Below are positions 50,022 through 59,438 of a stretch of 64,000 nt of DNA, one piece after another (positions within the stretch are counted from its first letter, which is position 1; each line of letters opens with the position of its first letter). The translations under genes and the position numbers were made by a program. The notes below the pieces were generated by a model, which saw only the letters and a list, made by a program, of their open reading frames with translations, was not told where the DNA came from and ran no database searches. Origin of the DNA: an uncultured virus (IMG/VR IMGVR_UViG_3300033146_000958) (taxonomy: Duplodnaviria > Heunggongvirae > Uroviricota > Caudoviricetes); IMG/VR virus record IMGVR_UViG_3300033146_000958; one strand, given 5' to 3'.

Positions 50022-50037
50022 CTTTATTTTTTGTTCT
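50022..50037 (-). promoter_or_regulatory. putative late-class promoter AGAACAAAAAATAAAG
   Basis: Intergenic, 47 bp upstream of paralog 3. Confidence 0.6.
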
Positions 50038-50047
50038 ATTTTTTTAA

Positions 50048-51130
50048 TTAGTTAGAAGAAACTACTTCACTAAGAGCTTTAATTAGACAACCTTCAGCTA
50101 CAGCAGTTAATGGATCGGTTGCATGTCTAATTTCTTTTATTTCAATAGGAAAATCATCATAATTCTCAAATACATCTCTAACAAATTCTAGAAAACCCTC
50201 TACTTTTGATGTACCACCTGAAATAATCCATGGAAGTTCTTCTGGGATTTCAACTTGTTCTGAAATTTCATTAAATTTAGATGCTATATTATCTAATGTA
50301 TATGTTATCAAATCTTTATAATAAAAAGAAATAGCCTCTTTAATTCGTTTTTCTTTTTTACTTCCTTGACGTGGATTTAATAAATCAAGACTTCTTTCTT
50401 TAATAGTAGTTATTCTTCCTACTGCCGAAATTCCTAATGAATTTGCAGATTGAATATCTATCCAATCCCCACCTCGAGTAGTAGAAAACTGTAATGCTGC
50501 GTTATTTTTATATATCAATGAATTATTAGACATACCACATCCGAAATCAGAAATTATTGAAGAGAATCCATCTTTAGAACATTGGGAATAACATACCGCT
50601 TGAGCCTGTGTTAATGAAATAGGTTTATAACCAATATCTGATAATATGCGATCAAAAACTTTAACATGATATAAAATATTTAATTGACTATCAGTAGGTG
50701 GAGACGGTATTGAATAACAACATATATTACCATCACCTCTTCCAATTAAATTTTCAATCATCATCGCTATAACATCTAATGCATCAATATCTGATGTTGA
50801 TATAACTCCTTGTGACATAGGACGTCGACAAGTCTTACCAAAAATATTAGCTAATGTTAATGCGTGTTCTCCAAAGATATAATATTTCCCATCCTCAGAT
50901 TTAATATGATCAATATCAGTAAGATCTGCATCAGAATCAGCATCTACAAACAAATTTCTCATACTTCTAATTTCTGCGTTTGAGTCTCCTTTTTCCATAA
51001 CTGCCGCACATAAATTACCAGTACCTAAATCAAGACCAACTATTTTTGATTTGGACTTATTATCATTAGTCGATTGATTAACTTTCTTATTATTTTGTAA
51101 ATCTACAACATTATCTTTCACATCAGACAT
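50048..51130 (-). CDS. actin-like ATPase (MreB/MamK/ParM superfamily)
   Basis: Phosphate 1 GLDLGTGN, phosphate 2 SDFGCGMS, GGDWID, adenosine ISGGTS, connect DPLTAVAEG. Confidence 0.85.
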   Translation of the reverse strand: MSDVKDNVVDLQNNKKVNQSTNDNKSKSKIVGLDLGTGNLCAAVMEKGDSNAEIRSMRNLFVDADSDADLTDIDHIKSEDGKYYIFGEHALTLANIFGKTCRRPMSQGVISTSDIDALDVIAMMIENLIGRGDGNICCYSIPSPPTDSQLNILYHVKVFDRILSDIGYKPISLTQAQAVCYSQCSKDGFSSIISDFGCGMSNNSLIYKNNAALQFSTTRGGDWIDIQSANSLGISAVGRITTIKERSLDLLNPRQGSKKEKRIKEAISFYYKDLITYTLDNIASKFNEISEQVEIPEELPWIISGGTSKVEGFLEFVRDVFENYDDFPIEIKEIRHATDPLTAVAEGCLIKALSEVVSSN

Positions 51131-51435
51131 TATTCAGTCTCCTTTATTTTCTTTGAAATTTCAGTGAAATCTCTAGTAATTGTTTTTCTTTTAGTTGATT
51201 TATCAGACGTAACACTTAACCCCCCAGTATCAATCATTGGAATGAATCCTGTCCCTTGAATCCGTTCAGTCTCATCACGAGTTAAAGAAGTTTTTTTATT
51301 TATATGTTGATAATTATTTGTTTGAAGATTATTATTGATTTCTTTAAGTGTATCATCAATGGATTTTAATATATTGGTTTGCGCATTAAAGAAATTTTTT
51401 ATTTTAATGAAAAACTTTATTTTCCACATCATCAT
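51130..51435 (-). CDS. small protein translationally coupled to the actin-like gene
   Basis: TAATG overlap at 51130. Confidence 0.55.
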   Translation of the reverse strand: MMMWKIKFFIKIKNFFNAQTNILKSIDDTLKEINNNLQTNNYQHINKKTSLTRDETERIQGTGFIPMIDTGGLSVTSDKSTKRKTITRDFTEISKKIKETE

Positions 51436-51862
51436 TATTAGCCATTACATTATTCATATTCTCTTGATTGATGAAATTTTTTATAATGTTAGTAGACAAT
51501 TCATTTCTGAATTTTTGATCAGCTTCCTCACCATAAAAAATTTCATTGTCATCAGTTATATAGAAATTATCCGTATAAACTATATTTTTAATATTATTAT
51601 CATTTAAATGTTGTACTAAATTTGCAGCACCTAACGCATCAGCTGATGAACAAAATGATATTTCATATTCATTTTTCTTTTTATTAAAGAAAACATGAAC
51701 TACATTACATATAGACAATTCATCATCTCTACTAGAAAATTCTTCTTTTGTATATCCATAATTCAAAAGTAATGCTTCAATTTTCTGAATGGGTGATACA
51801 TCTACAATCTCTTTTATCATTTTTCTTTTTCTCCACTTGAATAATTTCAATAAAATCTTCAT
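51404..51862 (-). CDS. hypothetical protein
   Basis: 152-aa ORF. Confidence 0.6.
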   Translation of the reverse strand: MKILLKLFKWRKRKMIKEIVDVSPIQKIEALLLNYGYTKEEFSSRDDELSICNVVHVFFNKKKNEYEISFCSSADALGAANLVQHLNDNNIKNIVYTDNFYITDDNEIFYGEEADQKFRNELSTNIIKNFINQENMNNVMANNDDVENKVFH

Positions 51863-51880
51863 ATATTTTTCTATTTCTCT

Positions 51881-53812
51881 CTATGCAACTTTTTCTGATT
51901 CATTCAACTCTTCTAAATAATTAAACTTTCTATTTGGATAATCTAATTCTCTTCTTGCTTTATCCCAGTTTTTAGTATGAGTATAATATCCAACAACTCG
52001 AGTTACACTATCAACAATCTTTCCACTACATATAGGACATTGAGTATCCGTTGATTTACCTAAACTAACATGTTCATTCTCACATATATTAAAATTAGGA
52101 TTCAACGCAAAATGTTCTAATCCACAATCAACTGCATAATTAATCAGATCTCTCATTTGTCCTGGTGTTGCTTTACATCCAATATTCAAATGACATATAC
52201 TCCCACCTGACATATAACTACCCAATTCTCCATCAATTTTTGCTCTATCTAATAAATCACAATCATCCCATAATGGAATAAATTGATTACTATATATTTT
52301 ATAAGGATAATCATCATCATTAAAATAAATTTTATCCATATTGGCTAACATTGAAGCGCATCCTTCTGCAGGAACAGCTTCTGCGTTATACGCAATTTTA
52401 TCTACTTTTCCATACTCCTCAAGTTTATCTTCAATAAACTTAAATACTTTTTTAGTAAATTCAATTCCTTTTTCCTCCTTAATATTATAACCCATAAAAC
52501 CAATTGATTCTGAAATTCCTAATAATCCAAATGTACTAAAAAATTGTTGAATATTCATCCATCCTATAGTAAAGAATTTTAAGAATCCTGATTTAATTCT
52601 TTTTTCTAATATACATCTCTGTGTTATTAAAATTCTCCGACTATGTTCTAATATTACTTCTAATGCATTAAAATATTCTTCTTCAGTATTTGATTGATAA
52701 CCAATTCGTGGTAAATTTAATGTACATACTCTTGCAGATCCTAATGAAAGACCTCCATTACCAAAAGAATCAAATCTAGAATATTCTTTTAATTTTTCTG
52801 GATCAGATAATAATCTACAACAACTTGCTAACTTTGCATGTCCTTTACATATGAATATATTAAATATTCCTTCTGTATTATATTTACAAGTCAAATCAAG
52901 AAATTGTTCATCAATAATTTTGCCTGCAGTATCTGTAGTAATATTTATTGTAGTTACTGGAAATCTATAAGGAAGATTATTAGTTGGATCTTTTTCAGAC
53001 ATGAACTCCATAAATATTTCTTGTATATGTTGTATAAATTCAACATCAATTTTCTCACCATCTGGATATCTATAATCTTCAAATGTTTTTTCTAGTGTCG
53101 GTCTATCCATAACTGAAAAATTTGTAAACGCAGATTGTTGTGATAGTCGAAATTGTTGATTTAAAGAATGAATCAATCTTTGAAAATCATTTGTTATTTT
53201 ATATCTATCACTATCATCAGAGGGATTCAACTTTTCCTTCTTATAAAAATATGCTAAGTTTACAAAAATATCAGGAATAGCGATAGCCCCTTGAACGGCA
53301 GTTGAAATATCAAAAACTGCTTCGATTACACATGCAATAAATGAATCAGATCTTTTTGGTGATTTAGAATGAAGTTGGCCATATGGTCTTCCACTAAAAA
53401 TATGAGCGGATGACCATGCAAAACAATAAGGAGTTTGAATTCCAGTATTAGATAAATCATGAATGTATGTTGATCCTGTTATAACTGAATCAATAGTGTC
53501 TGCTATTTCTTCTAATGAATATCTACTCTTCATTGATTTCCATAACAAATAAATACTATTTAATTTTCCAAGTCCTTTAAAAACTTCTGCAGTATAATTA
53601 TTTTGAGATTGTTCTCTTCCAATATTAGCGTTAATATCAACAGTTCTGTCATCATCTGTATCACTAAAATATAATTGTGACATAGCGACAGGATCTAGTT
53701 TATCACGTGATATTCCCATCTTATCAAGAAACTTTTTTCCTTTTTCTGTAGAGTTATAATGATTATATAATTCAACGAAATCCTTTTCATAATTTAAATC
53801 TAATCTTAACAT
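51881..53812 (-). CDS. nrdD: anaerobic (class III) ribonucleoside-triphosphate reductase
   Basis: YIHDL..PYC, ASCCRL, TLNLPR, EAVPAEG, SGGSI, C..H...CPIC, TRVVGY glycyl-radical motif. Confidence 0.95.
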   Translation of the reverse strand: MLRLDLNYEKDFVELYNHYNSTEKGKKFLDKMGISRDKLDPVAMSQLYFSDTDDDRTVDINANIGREQSQNNYTAEVFKGLGKLNSIYLLWKSMKSRYSLEEIADTIDSVITGSTYIHDLSNTGIQTPYCFAWSSAHIFSGRPYGQLHSKSPKRSDSFIACVIEAVFDISTAVQGAIAIPDIFVNLAYFYKKEKLNPSDDSDRYKITNDFQRLIHSLNQQFRLSQQSAFTNFSVMDRPTLEKTFEDYRYPDGEKIDVEFIQHIQEIFMEFMSEKDPTNNLPYRFPVTTINITTDTAGKIIDEQFLDLTCKYNTEGIFNIFICKGHAKLASCCRLLSDPEKLKEYSRFDSFGNGGLSLGSARVCTLNLPRIGYQSNTEEEYFNALEVILEHSRRILITQRCILEKRIKSGFLKFFTIGWMNIQQFFSTFGLLGISESIGFMGYNIKEEKGIEFTKKVFKFIEDKLEEYGKVDKIAYNAEAVPAEGCASMLANMDKIYFNDDDYPYKIYSNQFIPLWDDCDLLDRAKIDGELGSYMSGGSICHLNIGCKATPGQMRDLINYAVDCGLEHFALNPNFNICENEHVSLGKSTDTQCPICSGKIVDSVTRVVGYYTHTKNWDKARRELDYPNRKFNYLEELNESEKVA

Positions 53813-53849
53813 ATTTATGATTCTCCTTAATTTTTAGTGATGTAAATTT

Positions 53850-54326
53850 TTATTGATTAATTCTTAAATCAGAATGATTTATAATATTACCGTATTTCCA
53901 TACTCTTTGATTTGATGATGCTGGAAAAGAATTTTGTTTTAATTCTTTCATATATTTACCATCAATAATTATATCCATTAATTTAATTATATCAGAATTA
54001 ATCTCTTCGTAAACATATCCAGTATATAAGATAGTTTTTATATTTTGAATATTACAGAAATTTCCTAATTCAATTAATTGTTTTTCATATAATAAAAATT
54101 CCCCTCCACAAAAACAAACTGATTTAATTAAAGATATACTCTTTTTAATTTTATTTTTAATTTCTTCTATTTCCATTAACTTACCATTAGAAACATCCCA
54201 ACTCATTGGTGTTTGACAATCTTCACATTTATGAGGGCAACCACTACAAAATATAGTTAATGTAACTCCTGTTAATTCTGGATCATCATTTAATGTTGTT
54301 GATATACCTAAAATAGGAATATTCAT
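53850..54326 (-). CDS. nrdG: anaerobic RNR activase
   Basis: GCPHKCEDC, GGE, YTGY, IIDGKY, SSNQR; adjacent to nrdD. Confidence 0.93.
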   Translation of the reverse strand: MNIPILGISTTLNDDPELTGVTLTIFCSGCPHKCEDCQTPMSWDVSNGKLMEIEEIKNKIKKSISLIKSVCFCGGEFLLYEKQLIELGNFCNIQNIKTILYTGYVYEEINSDIIKLMDIIIDGKYMKELKQNSFPASSNQRVWKYGNIINHSDLRINQ

Positions 54327-54330
54327 ATTT

Positions 54331-54717
54331 TTATTTTTTTCCTCGTATTAATAACCAATTTTTTGTTTGTTTTTTTCCAGCCATTTTTAGTAACCAATAC
54401 ATTCCAGCTGATTTTTTTCCTTTAAATACAAAACCAATTTTATCATATGACCACTTCAATATAATACATACTCCATCATCAAAAATTGATACTGTCCCTT
54501 TGCCATATGTATCATCTATATTTCCTTCAAATGATATATAATCTTTATGATGATCAGGCACACGTATTGCAAGTAAACGTTCTCCTTTTTTAGGTAATCT
54601 CGCTTTCGGAATTGCCCATGATTTTAAAACATCATCTTTTAATATTCTTAAATCAAAATGATGCCCAGCGCGTTTAGCATGATGATCATGTATTACATAT
54701 TTAGTAGTTTCAGACAT
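54331..54717 (-). CDS. stand-alone LigD 3'-phosphoesterase domain (start revised to MSETTKY)
   Basis: YVIHDHHA...HFDLRI...LKSWAIPK...LAIRVPDH...FEG...YGKGTV; AGGGAG RBS before ATG 54717. Confidence 0.88.
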   Translation of the reverse strand: MSETTKYVIHDHHAKRAGHHFDLRILKDDVLKSWAIPKARLPKKGERLLAIRVPDHHKDYISFEGNIDDTYGKGTVSIFDDGVCIILKWSYDKIGFVFKGKKSAGMYWLLKMAGKKQTKNWLLIRGKK

Positions 54718-54768
54718 GAATAACTCCCTATCCGTTTTTACTGAAAAAATATTATAAGAAAAATTCAC

Positions 54769-54784
54769 CTTTTATATTTGTTCT
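54769..54784 (-). promoter_or_regulatory. putative late-class promoter AGAACAAATATAAAAG
   Basis: 52 bp upstream of the revised LigD-PE start. Confidence 0.6.
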
Positions 54785-54891
54785 ATAATTAAATAAAATA
54801 ATCATTAAACTAAAAATAAAAAACAATCTTTCACAATATTCAAAGTAAGATTTTAACTAAAAATTTCGGAGTATGGATAGAATTTATTTTA

Positions 54892-55632
54892 TTAAATCTG
54901 TAAACTTTTCGCGTATGCTATACATATTGAATCTGCAATATCTTCATTAATATTAGTTAATTCTGTAATTTGTTTACCTACTTTTATAAATTCTTTTTTA
55001 CTAGATTTTTCTATATTTTTTAAAAATTTCTTCTTCGAGATAATCTTCTTTTCGAGTTGTTGTCTCATATCTACACAACTACTATCTTCATCAATGTGTT
55101 TTTTTCTTGATTTTTTCTTTAGTTGATTATGTTTATTTTTTAAGATTTTAATATCATCTTTAATATCATTTTGTATTAATAATTCCTTTTCGATGATATC
55201 ATTAATTATATATAGATTTTGTTTATCTATAAATGAGAAATGAGTAATAACTCCTAATTGAATTTGCCATTTAGTAGCATTTCCTTTTAAACCCGGAATA
55301 CTATTTTTTTTCCATTGACTTGGAGTGAATAGTGTAATATTATCACCAACTTCTTCATAACATTCTTTAATAATACACCCTGAAATTCTAGCCAATAAAG
55401 TTAATGTCTTAACTCCTGAAATAGCCATAATAATATCTTCTACAGCTATTAAATCTGGTTTAGTTTCTTTAATTATTTTTTTAATAGATTTTGATACAGT
55501 AAGTAATCTTTCTCCAATAGAAACTTTTTCTAATTTTATAATTCCATATTTGATAACTTTACCATCTTCTAATAATGACCATCCAGTCGATGTTGACGGA
55601 TCAATTCCTAGTATTTTCATAATAGGTCCCAT
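54892..55632 (-). CDS. ruvC: RuvC-like Holliday junction resolvase with coiled-coil insertion
   Basis: ILGIDPS..TGW, IAVED, TPSQWKK, GNATK, EDIADSICIA. Confidence 0.85.
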   Translation of the reverse strand: MGPIMKILGIDPSTSTGWSLLEDGKVIKYGIIKLEKVSIGERLLTVSKSIKKIIKETKPDLIAVEDIIMAISGVKTLTLLARISGCIIKECYEEVGDNITLFTPSQWKKNSIPGLKGNATKWQIQLGVITHFSFIDKQNLYIINDIIEKELLIQNDIKDDIKILKNKHNQLKKKSRKKHIDEDSSCVDMRQQLEKKIISKKKFLKNIEKSSKKEFIKVGKQITELTNINEDIADSICIAYAKSLQI

Positions 55633-55645
55633 AATTATAGTACTG

Positions 55646-56518
55646 TTATACTAAATTCATCTGATGGGATTTTTTTATGTCATTCCATTTTTTAATTTTC
55701 TTTTTAAGTCGATTCTCACATTTTTCTATATTTGATGTGTTTCTACAATTATAATATCCTTTATTCAACATACTAATAACTTTATCAGATGCTTCAATTT
55801 TCTTTCTTAAACCACAACGCTTTTTTTCATTAATATCTTCAATAGATTCACATTTATTTAATTCTTTCTTTAAACTAATTCTATATAATAAAATTGATAC
55901 AAATTCTACAGCAGTGAGTTTTTCAATTCCTGTAGTTATCCAACTTAAAGGAGATTTTCCTTGTGTTATACGATTCATTTGTTGTGTCAACTGTTTTGTC
56001 TCATCTATATCTTCAATAGTCATAATTTTATGAATAGAATTTTTAATAGATTCAAGTTTTGTTGATACGTATATATAATCTTTCCTTCTGGAATTTATAA
56101 CATCTTGTGATTTTTTTATTAATGAAGCTTGTAAATCTATTATTCTATCTAATTTTTGTTGATCATTATTACTACCAACTAAATAATCTGCAAGTTCAAT
56201 TAATTGTTCTTTAAAATCATCTTCAAATTCATTAGCTATTTTTTCAATATATTGACCATATTGATACCAATTAATATTTCGTTTGAATTCTTCTTCATTT
56301 TCTATAAGAATATTTTCTATTAATGTTTCAAAAACTTCACTTTTATAATATCTGTAACCATGTTCATTTAATACTATATTAAGAAGTTGTTCATACGTCA
56401 TCTTATTTTCAATAAAATAAATTATTTTTTGTTTTTTTAGAAATGGTCTTTTATTAATTTCTTTTATTAATGTAGACTTTAATGATTTATATATATCTTC
56501 TTTCAATATCTTTTTCAC
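55646..56518 (-). CDS. TYEQLL-family paralog 4 (GTG start)
   Basis: FIENKMTYEQLLNI; C...C and CRNTSNIEKC. Confidence 0.7.
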   Translation of the reverse strand: MKKILKEDIYKSLKSTLIKEINKRPFLKKQKIIYFIENKMTYEQLLNIVLNEHGYRYYKSEVFETLIENILIENEEEFKRNINWYQYGQYIEKIANEFEDDFKEQLIELADYLVGSNNDQQKLDRIIDLQASLIKKSQDVINSRRKDYIYVSTKLESIKNSIHKIMTIEDIDETKQLTQQMNRITQGKSPLSWITTGIEKLTAVEFVSILLYRISLKKELNKCESIEDINEKKRCGLRKKIEASDKVISMLNKGYYNCRNTSNIEKCENRLKKKIKKWNDIKKSHQMNLV

Positions 56519-56523
56519 TTTAC

Positions 56524-57198
56524 TTACTCACCATCTAAAATTTTAAGTGCAAAAGGAGGTATTACACCAGTTTTAGTTTGTACTGCCGCACAAGGAACTT
56601 TTTTAAATAATAAATCAGAATTACTTCCTGCGAAATATCCATACCAATCTTTATTACGATCACATAATTTTTCGACGTGCTGATCATGTAATCGAATTAA
56701 ACCTTTTTTATGAGGAAAATTCATACCATATATATGATGTGTTGAATTATCACCTTGTAGTTTTTTTAATATAATTCTTATAGGAGTATGGTGTTGTAAA
56801 AAATTATGTAAATGTGGAATCCCTTCAGGAATTCTAGAAAAAAATGCAAACACACATTTAGTATTAGCAGGGTGTATCATATTTTGATATTCAGGAATAT
56901 TATCTGGATTTATTTTATCCGCCGAAATATTTAATTGATGTTGAATATTTTTTGTATGTTTTGAATGGATCATTTTCATTATATCAGGAACTATAGTTTT
57001 TAATTTTGATAAATTCATTAATCCATGTTTTTTTATACTTTCTATTTGATCATTCGGTGCATAATGATAAAGTACTGGTTTTGTAATTATCATTCCATCT
57101 TCCGATGTTTTCCCTTCATCTGGAACTGTTTTGGATGTTATTGAATCTTCTTCTAATTTTGATTCTTTTAATAATTCATAATATTTTTTAGTAATCAT
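56524..57198 (-). CDS. putative ADP-ribosyltransferase/Tpt1-like fold protein
   Basis: LYHYAP..QIESIKKHGL, CVFAF strand, C-terminal VIPPFAL. Confidence 0.4.
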   Translation of the reverse strand: MITKKYYELLKESKLEEDSITSKTVPDEGKTSEDGMIITKPVLYHYAPNDQIESIKKHGLMNLSKLKTIVPDIMKMIHSKHTKNIQHQLNISADKINPDNIPEYQNMIHPANTKCVFAFFSRIPEGIPHLHNFLQHHTPIRIILKKLQGDNSTHHIYGMNFPHKKGLIRLHDQHVEKLCDRNKDWYGYFAGSNSDLLFKKVPCAAVQTKTGVIPPFALKILDGE

Positions 57199-57201
57199 TT
57201 T

Positions 57202-57915
57202 TTATCCTTTATCAAAAATCACAAATGGCGCACTAGCAGTTTCAAACCGTTCTAATAAATTAGACATTTTAGTTTCACCTCTTGAATATAAATCATCTCC
57301 ATTAAGTGGAATTTCTCCAAATGGAGTATTAACTCCTGTATAATTCTTTCTTACACTACCCAACCACATCATAAATTCTGCAATACAAAAATCTTTAAAA
57401 TATTCAATTAAATCAGTTTGTAATGTAGATAAATCTGTTGCATGAACCCGACTATATTCGACTGTAAATCGTCCTGAAAACAATGGTAATATTCTCATCA
57501 TATTAGGACTTAGACATTTAATAGTATAATTATATATACTAAATTGTCTTAAATTATTTGATTTGAATGCACCAAGCGCCATTTCTTCTGCAATAGTATC
57601 ATAATTAAATGCACCTAATAATGGATGACCAGTCATCATCAAATCACCAGCAGTAGGAATGAATTCATCTATTGAAAATATTTCTCTTCCTTCTGGATCA
57701 TTAACATAAACCATATCTCTTCTGTTAGGTACTCTAATATTCGGATCTGTAGTTGATAAAGACATCTGCCATTTTTCAGGAAAAAATGTAGAGAATTTTC
57801 TCAAACAATTATTTTGTAGATGTTTCTGGATTTGTGTATCATCAAATTCAATAAAATGATGGGGAAATCCAACAATTTCTTTTGCATCTCTAACTATTTC
57901 TGACCAAGAAATCAT
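57202..57915 (-). CDS. neck / head-tail adaptor protein (T4 gp13-like)
   Basis: LGSVRKNYTGVNTPFGEIPLNGDDLYSRG resembles the gp13 C-terminal motif. Confidence 0.65.
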   Translation of the reverse strand: MISWSEIVRDAKEIVGFPHHFIEFDDTQIQKHLQNNCLRKFSTFFPEKWQMSLSTTDPNIRVPNRRDMVYVNDPEGREIFSIDEFIPTAGDLMMTGHPLLGAFNYDTIAEEMALGAFKSNNLRQFSIYNYTIKCLSPNMMRILPLFSGRFTVEYSRVHATDLSTLQTDLIEYFKDFCIAEFMMWLGSVRKNYTGVNTPFGEIPLNGDDLYSRGETKMSNLLERFETASAPFVIFDKG

Positions 57916-57944
57916 TTTTAATTCTCCTGAAAATAAAAACTTTT

Positions 57945-59081
57945 TTATGTTTTAAAAATTCTATATATAATTTGTTCTGATATAGGAAGTGAAATTCCTG
58001 TTTTGTCAAATGAATCTAATAATACTTGACCATTAGTAATTCGTTTATTTACTTGCAAAACGTTATCCCTAATAGTTTTTTCTATTTTTCTTAATGACGT
58101 ATTAGGATAGTTATGTAAAAAATCAATCAACATATCATATGAAGCAAGTCGAATGTTTCTTTCAATCACATCTTTTTGGTCGATGAGTTTCTGGATAACT
58201 TTATTATTTGTTCGGTATTCACTATCAAACAAAGGTTCTTTCTTTATTAATCTTTCATAAATTCCATTAAATGGATAAAAATATTCTTTTAAATCAGGCA
58301 TATTTTTAACAATAGTTTTTTCTGCGATTCCTTTGATACCAGCAAAACCATCTGCAGTATCACCCATGATAGCCAATACTAATGGGATGAATTCAGCACC
58401 AACTCCTAATGGTTTATCTGTTTTTAATAAATATTCAAGTGCATTTGTTTGATCTAACATCTTTACAGTTTTCCAACGTTTAATAAATTGAAATCTATTT
58501 GGTTTAGTTAATCCTTGATACATATCTTTATCATTAGAATATATAATATGACACCAATCATCGGTATCTGGAATAATATGTTCCATAATATAATGTGGAA
58601 TAAAATCAGCTTCTAAATAATCAATTCGAATAACTGAACAATTAGGAATTTTATTACCGACTTTATATATTAAATCCCAATTCCTATTTAATATTTTATG
58701 ATATAAATTGGCATCGGATTCATTTAATCCAAACATATCAGTAATCGGTCGTCTATCTTTATATGTAGAATGTAAATTTCTATGATAATCTGATTTTCCA
58801 CGTTCAGAAAAGAAACATATTTGTAATTCTACACCTCTTTTTTCCGCGTATGATTTATGAAAATTTATAAATTCAAAAAATGCTGCAAATAATGAAACAT
58901 CAATATATCTTGACATCTTAGAATTTTCTAACATTTCTTTGACTGCCCATTCACTATAAATAGAACTATATGCATTTTTTTGATCCACATAAATATATAA
59001 TTTATTTGATCCACATTTACTTAAACAATCATCTAAATATGTATATTTTGGATAATATGGTAAATATTGCGCAGTAGACAT
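57945..59081 (-). CDS. 5'-3' exonuclease / RNase H (FEN-like)
   Basis: YKDRR, LEAD, SNDKD, MGDTADGFAGIKGIAEKT H3TH motif. Confidence 0.88.
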   Translation of the reverse strand: MSTAQYLPYYPKYTYLDDCLSKCGSNKLYIYVDQKNAYSSIYSEWAVKEMLENSKMSRYIDVSLFAAFFEFINFHKSYAEKRGVELQICFFSERGKSDYHRNLHSTYKDRRPITDMFGLNESDANLYHKILNRNWDLIYKVGNKIPNCSVIRIDYLEADFIPHYIMEHIIPDTDDWCHIIYSNDKDMYQGLTKPNRFQFIKRWKTVKMLDQTNALEYLLKTDKPLGVGAEFIPLVLAIMGDTADGFAGIKGIAEKTIVKNMPDLKEYFYPFNGIYERLIKKEPLFDSEYRTNNKVIQKLIDQKDVIERNIRLASYDMLIDFLHNYPNTSLRKIEKTIRDNVLQVNKRITNGQVLLDSFDKTGISLPISEQIIYRIFKT

Positions 59082-59438
59082 TCAATCTCCTTTTAAAGAT
59101 TTAATCATATGGTCAGGTATATTAAAAAAAATTTTTATTATTTCATATTCTAAATCTTCATCATCAACTCTTAAATTTTTAATTAATTTCAACATTCGTT
59201 TATAATAATTATAAAATTTCTTATCATCCCTATATTTTAAAATATTACCATCATCTGAATATTTTTCAATGATGATTTTTAAAATAGTAAATAATTCACA
59301 TATAATCATATCTTTATTATCAATACAAGGAAGATCTTTTATTAATTCCCATTTACATCCATTATAAACTTCTACACCACATCCATTTGAACAAAATCTA
59401 ATTTGACCAGAACGATGTGATGTAGAAGTTTTATTCAT
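59082..59438 (-). CDS. hypothetical protein
   Basis: 118-aa ORF, TAATG-coupled. Confidence 0.55.
   Translation of the reverse strand: MNKTSTSHRSGQIRFCSNGCGVEVYNGCKWELIKDLPCIDNKDMIICELFTILKIIIEKYSDDGNILKYRDDKKFYNYYKRMLKLIKNLRVDDEDLEYEIIKIFFNIPDHMIKSLKGD

Noticed and set aside
2669..53095. Many short plus-strand ORFs in the track (e.g. 2669-3001, 3122-3493, 40336-40668, 49386-49799)
   Set aside because: Antisense shadows of long, motif-bearing minus-strand genes; no RBS and Phe/Ile/Ser-rich mirror composition
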